Made by a program: the position numbers and the translations under genes | Notes under the pieces: model-generated | Seen by the model: only the letters and a program-made list of their open reading frames with translations | The model's database searches: none | What the model was told of the DNA's origin: nothing | Shown here: positions 55,947 through 64,000 of the stretch, in pieces | Numbering within the stretch: position 1 is the stretch's first letter | Layout of the letters: the number at the start of each line of letters is the position of its first letter | Source: a virus | Virus record (IMG/VR): IMGVR_UViG_3300009130_000002 | Length of the DNA: 64,000 nt | Direction: 5' to 3' (one strand)

Positions 55947-56131
55947 GAGGATTCCTTTGCCTTTTCATCATCATTAGAAGGTTCAGGAAGTCCTTTGTGG
56001 ATACAGTATCCAGCACCTGCAAGAATAAATAATGGCCAAGCATGTATAAATAAATATAAAATGCCTACCCCAATTGAAATTCCAATTCCTAATGAGATTA
56101 AGTTAAAATTAAAGTTATTGTCTTTGTCCAT
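55943..56131 (-). CDS. Small membrane protein (62 aa)
   Basis: Central hydrophobic segment; overlaps both neighbours. Confidence 0.5.
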   Translation of the reverse strand: MDKDNNFNFNLISLGIGISIGVGILYLFIHAWPLFILAGAGYCIHKGLPEPSNDDEKAKESS

Positions 56132-58754
56132 TTTTTATATGGTCCAGTTTAGTTATAAAGTTTTCAATATTATCAATTGCAAAAGAATACAAGGGGTTGA
56201 ATTTTGTTTTGTCTTTAGCAATAAACGTTAAACAAACTTCACTTGTTGAGCCTTTATATTCCTTTACTAAATTGATAATTTTTTCCATATGTTCAATTGG
56301 GCATTCAATAACTGTTTTGCTTGCAGTGTCTAATGATTCTAACTCTAATGGTTGTATTTTTTCAATGATAAATTTAGTTATTTTTTCATTTTCTGTACTA
56401 GTAACCTCTGTTGAGCCAATAAAGACCAAGGGTACACCTTCTTGTAAGTGCTCCTTGCATCTTGTATAGTTCCGAGGAAAACAGACTGCTTCAATACTTC
56501 CCGTAAGATCTTCTAAAACAAAAAAGGCCATTTGTTTTTTAGATTTAGTTGTAATCTCTTTTATATTTGTAATTACTGCACCAAGATTAACTTTAATTTT
56601 GCCGGTAAATTCTTTTAAAGAATCTATACTAAAGAAATTTTTAGAATAATTTTTTGGATCAAAATTTCCAAGAGGATGATTTGTTATATAAAACCCAAGT
56701 AACTCATATTCAGCTTGATATAATTCTTTTTCACTTAGCTCTGGAAGACAATTAATTTCTGGAAACTCAGGTTCTTCTGGCATAACTGGAAGCTTAAAGG
56801 GCTTTAATGTTTTGCCTTTATCAGATAGTATTCCATTCTCAATATCATTTAGACGTTTATTAAATGCCTCTAATTTACGATGATAGGTCTCCATTTTTCT
56901 TTCATAGGATTTTTGATTTTTTCTGTAATCCCAGACAAGAGTAATGGCCTCTAACAAAGAGGCTCTACTTCTACCTAAAGAGTCGAAACAACCTGACTTA
57001 ACTAATGATTCAATTTTTAGCTTGTTGATAACAGAAAGGTCTACTCGCTGAGAGAAATCTTCAAAGTTTTTAAAAGGATTCCCTTCTCTCTCCTGCATGA
57101 TTGTGGCAACGGGAGTTTCTCCGAGGTTCTTAATGGGGCTTAATCCAAAGCGAATGTTATCATCACCATCAACATAAAATAAATTTTTACTTTTATTGAT
57201 ATCTGGAGGCAGAACATTAATCCCTATGCGACGACACTCTGCCAAGCACTTAATCATCTCATCTCTGTTGCCAGATTCAGAGATCATTACTGCACACATA
57301 AATTCTCTTGGATAATGAGTCTTTAACCATGCAGTTTGATATGTAATGTAAGCATAAGCTGCAGCGTGACTCTTATTAAATGCATAGTCACTAAAGGCAA
57401 CGATATCATCCCAGATTTTATTAGCCTTATCTAGTGGATAACCGTTAGCTTCCCAGCCTTTTTTAAAGGCTTCTTCTTGTTCTTTAAGGGTGTCGGTTTC
57501 TTTTTTTCCGATGGCACGTCTGAGAAGATCAGCATCGGCCATACTAAAACCAGCAAGCTGTTTAACAATTTCAAGGACTTGCTCCTGATAAATAATCCAT
57601 CCAGCTGTAGGTTGTAGAATGGGTTCTAGTTCTGGAATTAAATATTTTGGCTCACTATTGCCTGCTCTAATATCAAGATAGGTTTCTTTATAATCAGATC
57701 CTAAAGGACCAGGACGATAAATAGCAACCAAGGCAATAAGATCTTCAAGACAATCCGGTCTAATCTGAACAAGAAGGTCTCTCATACCAGAGCTTGCTTC
57801 TAATTGGAAGACTCCAGTTGCATTACCTTGCCTTAGGTTCTTGTAAGTTTCAGGATCGTTGAGATCAATAGAATCAATAGTAAAATCTCCCACGTTGTCA
57901 TGTCGTTCCTTAATTAAATCAACACATCTGTGGATTTTACTTAGAGCATCTAGTCCTAGGAAATCAAACTTGATCAGACCATACTGTTCAATGTTTTTCA
58001 TTTCCCACTGAGTGGTTACTTCTCCACTCCTACCTAAGAATAGAGGTACAGTATTGTGCAAGGAATCATTTGAGATAACAATTCCAGATGCATGTACCCC
58101 GGAACTGGAGATAATATCTTCCAGCTTACAAGCCCAGCGTAATGTTTCACCTTCAGGTCCATTTGATTTACTATATTGTCCTAATTTTTTAACTTTTTCA
58201 ATTGAAGTTTCTAATTTTTGTGGCTTACCATGAATAGGTTCTAGCAATAATCTAGAAAGCTCATCACCTACAGAGTAAGGATGTCCTAATGTTCTTGCAA
58301 CATTTCTTACCGCAGCCTTGGCTCTTTGTAAATTAAATGTTCCAATGTGGGCAACACGGTCGTCACCATATTTTTGAGTAACATAATCTATAACCCTATC
58401 TCGATATCGTTTCTCGAAATCAACATCAATATCAGGCATAGATAAACGAGCAGGATTTAGAAAACGTTCGAAAATTAACCCGAGTTTTATAGGGTCTAAG
58501 TTTGTAATCCCCAAACAATAACAACAGAGACTACCAGCTCCTGATCCTCGACCAGGACCAACATAGATATCGTTTTCTTTTGCCCAGTTAATAAAGTCTT
58601 GAACAATTAGGAAGTATCCAGAGTACCCCATCTTATGAATGACAGAGATCTCATAATTCAACCTATCTATATACTCTTGATCTGTATGTAAATTTTTATT
58701 TTTTAATCCGCTTAAGCATTTGAATTTAAAATAGTTATCAAGAGTTCTCCCCAT
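56115..58754 (-). CDS. dnaE: DNA polymerase III alpha, C-terminal polymerase part (palm/fingers/HhH/OB) of a split gene
   Basis: GPGRGSGAGSL, RLSMPDIDVDF, HASG, KFDFLGL, YAFNKSHAAAY and a C-terminal OB fold; lacks the PHP domain. Confidence 0.95.
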   Translation of the reverse strand: MGRTLDNYFKFKCLSGLKNKNLHTDQEYIDRLNYEISVIHKMGYSGYFLIVQDFINWAKENDIYVGPGRGSGAGSLCCYCLGITNLDPIKLGLIFERFLNPARLSMPDIDVDFEKRYRDRVIDYVTQKYGDDRVAHIGTFNLQRAKAAVRNVARTLGHPYSVGDELSRLLLEPIHGKPQKLETSIEKVKKLGQYSKSNGPEGETLRWACKLEDIISSSGVHASGIVISNDSLHNTVPLFLGRSGEVTTQWEMKNIEQYGLIKFDFLGLDALSKIHRCVDLIKERHDNVGDFTIDSIDLNDPETYKNLRQGNATGVFQLEASSGMRDLLVQIRPDCLEDLIALVAIYRPGPLGSDYKETYLDIRAGNSEPKYLIPELEPILQPTAGWIIYQEQVLEIVKQLAGFSMADADLLRRAIGKKETDTLKEQEEAFKKGWEANGYPLDKANKIWDDIVAFSDYAFNKSHAAAYAYITYQTAWLKTHYPREFMCAVMISESGNRDEMIKCLAECRRIGINVLPPDINKSKNLFYVDGDDNIRFGLSPIKNLGETPVATIMQEREGNPFKNFEDFSQRVDLSVINKLKIESLVKSGCFDSLGRSRASLLEAITLVWDYRKNQKSYERKMETYHRKLEAFNKRLNDIENGILSDKGKTLKPFKLPVMPEEPEFPEINCLPELSEKELYQAEYELLGFYITNHPLGNFDPKNYSKNFFSIDSLKEFTGKIKVNLGAVITNIKEITTKSKKQMAFFVLEDLTGSIEAVCFPRNYTRCKEHLQEGVPLVFIGSTEVTSTENEKITKFIIEKIQPLELESLDTASKTVIECPIEHMEKIINLVKEYKGSTSEVCLTFIAKDKTKFNPLYSFAIDNIENFITKLDHIKNGQRQ

Positions 58755-59226
58755 GTCTTTTTCTTTCTAGCTCCTCTAGGAACCAGTTACGCATCCAGGT
58801 TTTGGGCCAAGGATATAAATAATGTTTTGATAGTAATTTTACAACCCAATCAACATCTGTTTCGTTTTCAATGTTGGCTTCAAGATAAGCTTCTCGTTCA
58901 AATTTCCACCGAAAATAAGAGAACAAGAACGGCAAGGGACATAATAAGTATAAAAATAAGTATAGCGGAACTCCATATTGATTATATTGTTTTACATGTA
59001 CCATCTCATGCTTAACTATCTTGTAGTGTCTAATAGATAGTGGAGACTTAACTCCTGTTGGATAGTAAATCTTATTACCAATTGTAGTCCAAAGATTTGT
59101 CATAAATGCAGGATAAATCAAGCCGATAATTCGCATTAACAAAGAATTCTTCTTATTGATAAACTCTACATCTTCATCAATATATCCACCAAATCCCTTT
59201 TTAACTCGTAAGGTCACTCTGCGCAT
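58738..59226 (-). CDS. HExxH zincin-like protein (DUF4157/eCIS-core-like) between the two dnaE halves
   Basis: WTTIGNKIYY...KHEMVHVKQY...FEREAY. Start MRRVTL at 59226 after GGAG...AGGGA. Confidence 0.65.
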   Translation of the reverse strand: MRRVTLRVKKGFGGYIDEDVEFINKKNSLLMRIIGLIYPAFMTNLWTTIGNKIYYPTGVKSPLSIRHYKIVKHEMVHVKQYNQYGVPLYLFLYLLCPLPFLFSYFRWKFEREAYLEANIENETDVDWVVKLLSKHYLYPWPKTWMRNWFLEELERKRHGENS

Positions 59227-60313
59227 TCCCTTTACTCCATTCTCTAAATTGTTCATAGTCTGGTTCTTTAGTGATATCAAAATAAGGCATCTGATATTCT
59301 CCTAAAGTAATATTCAGGTTGCACATCTTAGGAATCTCTAAGGTATTATAAAAAGATTCCTCTGAACCTATTTTTTGAGCGGCTTCAAGCATTTCTTCAG
59401 GAGATCTGAGGTAAACACCGTCACCATATACATCAGTTTTATTACACCCATCTTCGTCACCTTCATACTCATCAAGAGTCTTTTTAAACTGCTGTGCCAT
59501 GATTAAATTGTGTGCTCGCTTGTCTTCCTTTGTTAAGAAGTGAGCATCAGCAGTAATAACAAGAGGAATATTTTCTGTTTTAGATGTTTTAATTGCCCAG
59601 TTATTAAATTTTTGCTGAGCTGGCATAATATTATCTTGTATTTCTAGGTACAATCTCCCATCAAAGATATCATAAAGCTTATTTAGTCTTTTTAAGGCAA
59701 ATTCTTGATAATCATAAGGTTTTAGTTTTTCATTAACATAATTTTGCATTGCTAAATCGTATTCTTCTTGAGATAACCCTTTTCTTGTGGGTTTTTTAGG
59801 GAATCCCTTCTTTGCAATGACTCCTCCGAGACAAGCAGTCGTAGCAACAATGCCTTCAGCTCTTGTTTCGAAATGCTTTTCCCAAATTCGTGGTTTATAA
59901 TAAAAATTATGTAAATTTGCTTGGTTTGTCATCCAAATAAGATTCTCAAAACCTTTTTCATTCATGGCTATGAGAATCATATGGTTGTTGTCTTTAGTTT
60001 TGACTTCAGAGTCGTCAGGATCTTCTGTGACGTAAGCTTCGACACCAACTAAGGGGTTGATTCCATATTTCTTTGCATGTTTGTAGAACTCAATAGAGCC
60101 GTGCATAACACCATGATCAGTAAGAGCACAAGAACTCATGCCTAATTCGACTACTCTTTGACAGAGCTTGTCAATTTTATTTAAACCATCAAGGATACTG
60201 TATTCTGAATGAACATGTAGGTGACAAAAGTCTTGAGACATTACTTCTTTTTTTCTTTCTTTTCTATTGCTGCATAGTGAACCTGTATAGTTACTTCGCA
60301 AGCAAGTTTCCAT
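59201..60313 (-). CDS. dnaE: DNA polymerase III alpha, N-terminal PHP domain as a separate ORF
   Basis: HLHVHSEYSILDG, LTDHG, GVEAY, NNH, TACLGG, TADAH; ends at the PHP/palm linker (LGEYQMPYF). The likely start is MSQDF, a little inside the track ORF. Confidence 0.92.
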   Translation of the reverse strand: METCLRSNYTGSLCSNRKERKKEVMSQDFCHLHVHSEYSILDGLNKIDKLCQRVVELGMSSCALTDHGVMHGSIEFYKHAKKYGINPLVGVEAYVTEDPDDSEVKTKDNNHMILIAMNEKGFENLIWMTNQANLHNFYYKPRIWEKHFETRAEGIVATTACLGGVIAKKGFPKKPTRKGLSQEEYDLAMQNYVNEKLKPYDYQEFALKRLNKLYDIFDGRLYLEIQDNIMPAQQKFNNWAIKTSKTENIPLVITADAHFLTKEDKRAHNLIMAQQFKKTLDEYEGDEDGCNKTDVYGDGVYLRSPEEMLEAAQKIGSEESFYNTLEIPKMCNLNITLGEYQMPYFDITKEPDYEQFREWSKGNAQSDLTS

Positions 60314-60477
60314 AGATCCTCATAAGAGGAAACAGCATAGCCTAAAGGAATGTAGGTGGTTTCACTTGTAAATTGTACAAGTAGTAAAGTTCCATCCTCT
60401 TTTCTCACTATACTTATGTTGTATTTAGATAATAAACTAGCCATGCCTAGCTGGCTATAAAGCGCATCATCCCCCAT
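60241..60477 (-). CDS. Hypothetical protein (78 aa)
   Basis: Preceded by TGaTACAAT, 6 nt and the ATG; no SD. Confidence 0.5.
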   Translation of the reverse strand: MGDDALYSQLGMASLLSKYNISIVRKEDGTLLLVQFTSETTYIPLGYAVSSYEDLWKLACEVTIQVHYAAIEKKEKKK

Positions 60478-60483
60478 GATGTC

Positions 60484-60492
60484 ATTGTATCA
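60484..60492 (-). promoter_or_regulatory. Extended -10 promoter (TGaTACAAT), probably leaderless for the 60477 gene
   Basis: Motif ends 6 nt before the ATG. Confidence 0.4.
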
Positions 60493-60504
60493 TGGTTTAT
60501 TTAA

Positions 60505-60855
60505 TTAACTATCTTCTAGTAGATCACAGTATCTATTTTTCCAGACTTCCCTATCTTTCTTTGGTTCATCTGTTATTAACTTTAAAGTTTTTCCTAAATT
60601 CATTTCTTGGGAAAGATGGAGGAAGGTGCTTTCAGCTAGCTCCACCTTATCTCCCCAATTATATTCTTCATCAAGATGTTTTATCCATTTTTTAATGTGT
60701 GCTGTTGTTGTTCTGGAATATTTTTTCTGCGTAACATATATGGTTCCAACTTCTTCATCGTATGCAGCTACTGGAGTATCATATGAATAGAATAAATGAA
60801 AATCCTTAGAGATTATCTCTGTTTCATTGTTGCCATGTTTCTTAATCATGTCCAC
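60505..60855 (-). CDS. Phage hypothetical protein (116 aa)
   Basis: LFYSYDTPVAA...KKYSRTT..HI.KW pattern, recalled from small phage proteins. Confidence 0.6.
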   Translation of the reverse strand: MDMIKKHGNNETEIISKDFHLFYSYDTPVAAYDEEVGTIYVTQKKYSRTTTAHIKKWIKHLDEEYNWGDKVELAESTFLHLSQEMNLGKTLKLITDEPKKDREVWKNRYCDLLEDS

Positions 60856-60867
60856 TTTCTTTCTTTA

Positions 60868-61089
60868 TCAGGTCTCAAACACACTGTCCAATTCATTAAT
60901 TAATACTAAGTACACTTCAGTCTTTGAATAGCCATTATCAGATAGCTCCTTAAGATATTTTCTAAATTCATAAGGCAGACTGGAATGAATAAATAACCTG
61001 CGTGAGAATCGTGTTCCTACTTCGCCAGCTTTAGCATTATAATCATCGATATTGCCACGATAATCTCGGATAGGTTCGCAATTGTCCAT
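60868..61089 (-). CDS. Hypothetical protein (73 aa)
   Basis: ORF packed within the operon. Confidence 0.5.
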   Translation of the reverse strand: MDNCEPIRDYRGNIDDYNAKAGEVGTRFSRRLFIHSSLPYEFRKYLKELSDNGYSKTEVYLVLINELDSVFET

Positions 61090-61091
61090 GA

Positions 61092-61262
61092 CTATTCTTT
61101 ATCAAGTTCTATTAGCATGTCTTCTGTGACTACTTCGTCTTCTTCCCTATCAATAAGATTGGTAAGCCTACGTTGTGCTTCTGCTAATACCTCATCGTTA
61201 ATGTCTCCGTAGTGACCCATATCTTCACTAACTTCCATGATGAAGTCTTTCATTCTTCCCAT
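61092..61262 (-). CDS. Small acidic protein (56 aa; not in the ORF track)
   Basis: MGRMKDFIMEVSED...MLIELDKE*; GAGGAG SD; fills the gap exactly. Confidence 0.6.
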   Translation of the reverse strand: MGRMKDFIMEVSEDMGHYGDINDEVLAEAQRRLTNLIDREEDEVVTEDMLIELDKE

Positions 61263-61440
61263 CTTCTTGCTCCTCGTCTAAGTAATATCTATATGCATCT
61301 GCATAAACGGTATTGATTTTAGGATATGCACCACCGCTTACAGCAATTGCTCCACAAGTACACATCTCATAATGATCTTCATTTTTTCCCCTAGGGGTCG
61401 CTAAACATTCTTTACATTGAAATAGATAGTCATTTAACAT
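61228..61440 (-). CDS. Small zinc-ribbon protein (70 aa)
   Basis: CKEC...CTCGAIAVSGG.YP; paralogue of 61430-61630. Confidence 0.6.
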   Translation of the reverse strand: MLNDYLFQCKECLATPRGKNEDHYEMCTCGAIAVSGGAYPKINTVYADAYRYYLDEEQEDGKNERLHHGS

Positions 61441-61630
61441 TTGTGTTATCCTCCACGTATTCATAACGAGCTTCATCGTGGTAGGATATCTTTGTGTAGT
61501 CACCACCGCCATCAATTGCAATCATTTTGCATTTGCACCATTTGAAATCATGTCTATACATGCTTTGGATAATATCCTCGCATGTCATACATTTAATTTT
61601 AGGTCCGGGATTGTGGTTGTAACCGTACAA
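61430..61630 (-). CDS. Small zinc-ribbon protein (66 aa)
   Basis: IKCMTCEDIIQS.YRHDFKWCKC..IAIDGG.DY; TTG start after GGAG. Confidence 0.65.
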   Translation of the reverse strand: MYGYNHNPGPKIKCMTCEDIIQSMYRHDFKWCKCKMIAIDGGGDYTKISYHDEARYEYVEDNTNVK

Positions 61631-61633
61631 AAT

Positions 61634-61945
61634 TTACTCCATGTCATCAATGATAGCTTCAAATCTAGTCTTTGGAACCGGATTGAATTCAAACATTTGT
61701 TTGGTTGCTTTGTCAATAGGAACGGTTACTTTTGCATATAATCTGTAGAGAATTGTATCTTGATCTAAGATTTCTTTGATAAGACTACTAAATTTATATG
61801 CGGCGGGGTATGCAAGGAGCACTCTTCTTCTTAAAAGAGTTTCAATTTCTTCTAGATCTACTTCTTGTTCTAATTCGCAATGCTCTTCTGCCAATACTTG
61901 TATATCTATAGTACTAGAACGTAATTTCTTTACGTGAGAAGTCAT
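61634..61945 (-). CDS. Hypothetical protein (103 aa)
   Basis: Preceded by a consensus-like promoter ending 6 nt before the ATG. Confidence 0.55.
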   Translation of the reverse strand: MTSHVKKLRSSTIDIQVLAEEHCELEQEVDLEEIETLLRRRVLLAYPAAYKFSSLIKEILDQDTILYRLYAKVTVPIDKATKQMFEFNPVPKTRFEAIIDDME

Positions 61946-61951
61946 ACAAAA

Positions 61952-61980
61952 AGTATAGCTTTAAATATGTGAATTGTCTA
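61952..61980 (-). promoter_or_regulatory. Sigma70 promoter TAGACA-17-TATACT, probably leaderless
   Basis: -35 at 61980-61975, -10 at 61957-61952, ATG at 61945. Confidence 0.6.
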
Positions 61981-62236
61981 AGTCATATCCAAGCTTTGCT
62001 TTTAATTCATCAATTTTTTCAGCAAGTTCAACTCCACGACCGCCTGCATGCTTAAAAGCTATCTCGGCTTCTTTCAATTCATTTTCAAGAAGTTCCCTTG
62101 ACATCTGACGTTGAATTTTTCTTAACACTTGTTTTGCATGCTTTTCACTCATCTTTGTGGAGATCTCTCCGTAATTTCTAAGGGCTTCTCTTGAAGTAAG
62201 AACGCCCTTAGCCATATCTATACAAACCATACACAT
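61961..62236 (-). CDS. Hypothetical protein (91 aa)
   Basis: Start MCMVCID directly after the upstream stop; helical composition. Confidence 0.5.
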   Translation of the reverse strand: MCMVCIDMAKGVLTSREALRNYGEISTKMSEKHAKQVLRKIQRQMSRELLENELKEAEIAFKHAGGRGVELAEKIDELKAKLGYDLDNSHI

Positions 62237-62237
62237 A

Positions 62238-62714
62238 TTAAAACCCAAAGAACTTAGCCACCTTACGTCCAAAGGTAACTTTTTGTTTCTTTCCAACAGG
62301 TTTCTCTTCTACTGCGGCCTGGATTGTGATCTGTTCTGTAAGATTCATGTCTTTTGGAGTCACTTCTTCTTCTACAATAGGATTTAGAATTGGAAGAGCT
62401 TCTTTTTTTACTGGCTTGGCTTTAACAGGAAGCGTTCCATTTTCTTTCATCATCCAGTAGCGAAATCCTTCTGCGATTTCATCTTCTTTTTCTGATGGTT
62501 GAGTAGTTAATACAGAGCGATAAACACTAAGCTCTGGGTTTGTTTTCATTAACTCTCTTGCTTTAATTTTCCTAGTCTTTTGATCATGTCCTTCAGAAGA
62601 TCCCCAAATATCTAAGATAGATTCGTACTCTTCGTTTAGTTTTTTTAATTGAAGGTACCGATCCTTTTTAATTTTTCTTCTAGGAATATAAACTTGTTCT
62701 TCATTGTTTGACAT
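62238..62714 (-). CDS. Hypothetical protein (158 aa)
   Basis: GAGGA SD; basic C-terminal amphipathic tail. Confidence 0.55.
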   Translation of the reverse strand: MSNNEEQVYIPRRKIKKDRYLQLKKLNEEYESILDIWGSSEGHDQKTRKIKARELMKTNPELSVYRSVLTTQPSEKEDEIAEGFRYWMMKENGTLPVKAKPVKKEALPILNPIVEEEVTPKDMNLTEQITIQAAVEEKPVGKKQKVTFGRKVAKFFGF

Positions 62715-62782
62715 TTATATAGTTTTCCTCGTTTTTAATTTTGATTTTTCGCCTGAAAAAATAATTTCCAATTTTGCCCCTA

Positions 62783-63013
62783 TTAAGGAACTTCTTTCAT
62801 CATCTCAACAGACAGCATAACCGTTGCTCCTACCTTGATAGCTTTTCTTGAATCAGAATTGTTTTTATTGTCATCAAGTTCTAGCCATTTTTGTGCATTG
62901 ATAGTTCCCAGATTTATATTTGCACTTGGGTCATTCCTAAGAATGACCGCTTTAACTGCCTCTAGTAACTCCTCATAGGTAATTTCATATGTATGGGTGG
63001 TGTACTTATTCAT
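62783..63013 (-). CDS. Hypothetical protein (76 aa)
   Basis: ORF packed within the operon. Confidence 0.5.
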   Translation of the reverse strand: MNKYTTHTYEITYEELLEAVKAVILRNDPSANINLGTINAQKWLELDDNKNNSDSRKAIKVGATVMLSVEMMKEVP

Positions 63014-63233
63014 TTGATTCTCTTGGTTCGAAATTAGATTCTAGTGAGAACAGGATGTCCTCTGCATGTGCGAGTTGTTCTGCAAAGCCTGCAACGGTTT
63101 CTAGCATATCAGGGTGATCTGCTACACCTACAGGAGCCTTCATAAACACCTGCATATTTGCAATTGCTTCTAATTTCTTTGCTTCATAGCGAGCTTTCAA
63201 TGCTTGATACATCGGATTGTTCAATAAATTCAT
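63006..63233 (-). CDS. Conserved phage hypothetical protein (75 aa)
   Basis: AL.ARYEA...EAIAN..VF...PVGVADHPD..ET pattern, recalled from large myophages. Confidence 0.6.
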   Translation of the reverse strand: MNLLNNPMYQALKARYEAKKLEAIANMQVFMKAPVGVADHPDMLETVAGFAEQLAHAEDILFSLESNFEPRESNE

Positions 63234-63999
63234 CAGTTTCTCCTTCTAAAGGGAGTGGAACCCCTTGTAAGATTTGTTCAATCTCTTTATACACATTAGG
63301 GTTTTCTTGTAAATAGGTAGAGGTTTTTCCTTTACCTTGACCAATATTGTCCCCTTTATATGAAAACCAAGCACCTGCTTTTTTGATAATGCCTTCGCTT
63401 GCAGCAGAATCAATAAGATCTGCACATTTATCAATCCCTATACCATATTGAATAGTAAACATGGCATCTCTAAATGGCGCAGCTACCTTATTCTTTACAA
63501 TTCTAGCTCTAGTTACATTGCCAACAAACTCAACGTCTTTGCCTGTACCTTCTTTGAGCTTTTCTACTCTTCGGACATCAACACGTTGACTAGCATAGTA
63601 TTTAAGAGATTCTCCTCCAGATGTGGTCTCTGGATTGCCAAACATAACACCAATCTTCATTCTCAATTGATTAATAAAGATAACTGTGGTCTCATTTGCA
63701 TGACTGGTTGGAGCAAGCAAACGCATTGCTTGACTCATTAGGCGAGACTGTCTTCCGACATGATTGTCTCCAATATCGCCATCTACTTCTGCCTTGGGAG
63801 TTAAAGCCGCTACAGAATCTATAACAACTAAGTCTAAAGACCCTGTCTTAATTAATTCTTGTGCTACCTGAAGTGCTTCTTCTCCATGGTTTGGTTGAGA
63901 AAAGATTAGGGCATCTATATCAATTCCAATTGCTTCTGCATAAATAGGATCAAAAGCATGTTCCATATCGATAAAGGCTGCAAAGCCTCCTTCTTTTTG
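63184..63999 (-). CDS. recA: RecA recombinase, C-terminal part (5' end beyond the window)
   Basis: AAFIDMEHAFDP, SQP..GEEAL, VIDSVAALTPKAE, RLMSQAMR, IFINQLRMKIGVMFGNPETTSGG, KNKVAAPF. Confidence 0.95.
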   Translation of the reverse strand, partial: QKEGGFAAFIDMEHAFDPIYAEAIGIDIDALIFSQPNHGEEALQVAQELIKTGSLDLVVIDSVAALTPKAEVDGDIGDNHVGRQSRLMSQAMRLLAPTSHANETTVIFINQLRMKIGVMFGNPETTSGGESLKYYASQRVDVRRVEKLKEGTGKDVEFVGNVTRARIVKNKVAAPFRDAMFTIQYGIGIDKCADLIDSAASEGIIKKAGAWFSYKGDNIGQGKGKTSTYLQENPNVYKEIEQILQGVPLPLEGETDEFIEQSDVSSIESSL

Positions 64000-64000
64000 T

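Noticed and set aside
58738-59280. Split intein or group I intron in dnaE
   Set aside because: No intein terminal motifs on either half, no recognisable intron core and no homing-endonuclease motif; the gap is filled by an SD-led HExxH ORF. Only RT-PCR could exclude splicing fully.
1-64000. Stop-codon recoding (as in some large phages)
   Set aside because: Long ORFs and tight gene packing under the standard code; TAG, TGA and TAA all end genes at sensible boundaries.

Overview
This AT-rich, gene-dense window reads as part of a large tailed dsDNA bacteriophage genome (jumbo-phage-like, standard genetic code, Shine-Dalgarno-led genes). No cellular housekeeping block, tRNA, rRNA or CRISPR array was seen. 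Layout: (1) 1-3735 (+): end of a tail-fibre gene with an S74 chaperone, then an actin-like ATPase flanked by small genes. (2) 3732-6702 (-): an opposite-strand island with an SNase nuclease, a Cys/Asp-repeat vWA lipoprotein and a trypsin-like lipoprotein. (3) 6822-38578 (+): two holin-like genes, then about 31 kb of virion fibre/adhesin genes with shuffled, duplicated and apparently nested LamG modules, ending with an unannotated 31-aa, 11-Cys metallothionein-like ORF. (4) 38605-49118 (+): Cas4-like nuclease, DnaG-DnaB primase-helicase, pyrimidine-dimer glycosylase, several PD-(D/E)XK nucleases, amidase endolysin and a sigma factor. (5) 49102-64000 (-): HIT, class II RNR, PhoH, MazG-like, metallophosphoesterase, an intein-free split DnaE with an HExxH gene between the halves, small hypothetical genes and RecA (truncated by the window edge). 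Top leads are the metallothionein-like micro-ORF, the actin-like module, the split DnaE and the nested LamG architecture. All family calls come from motif recognition by eye; no database search was run.
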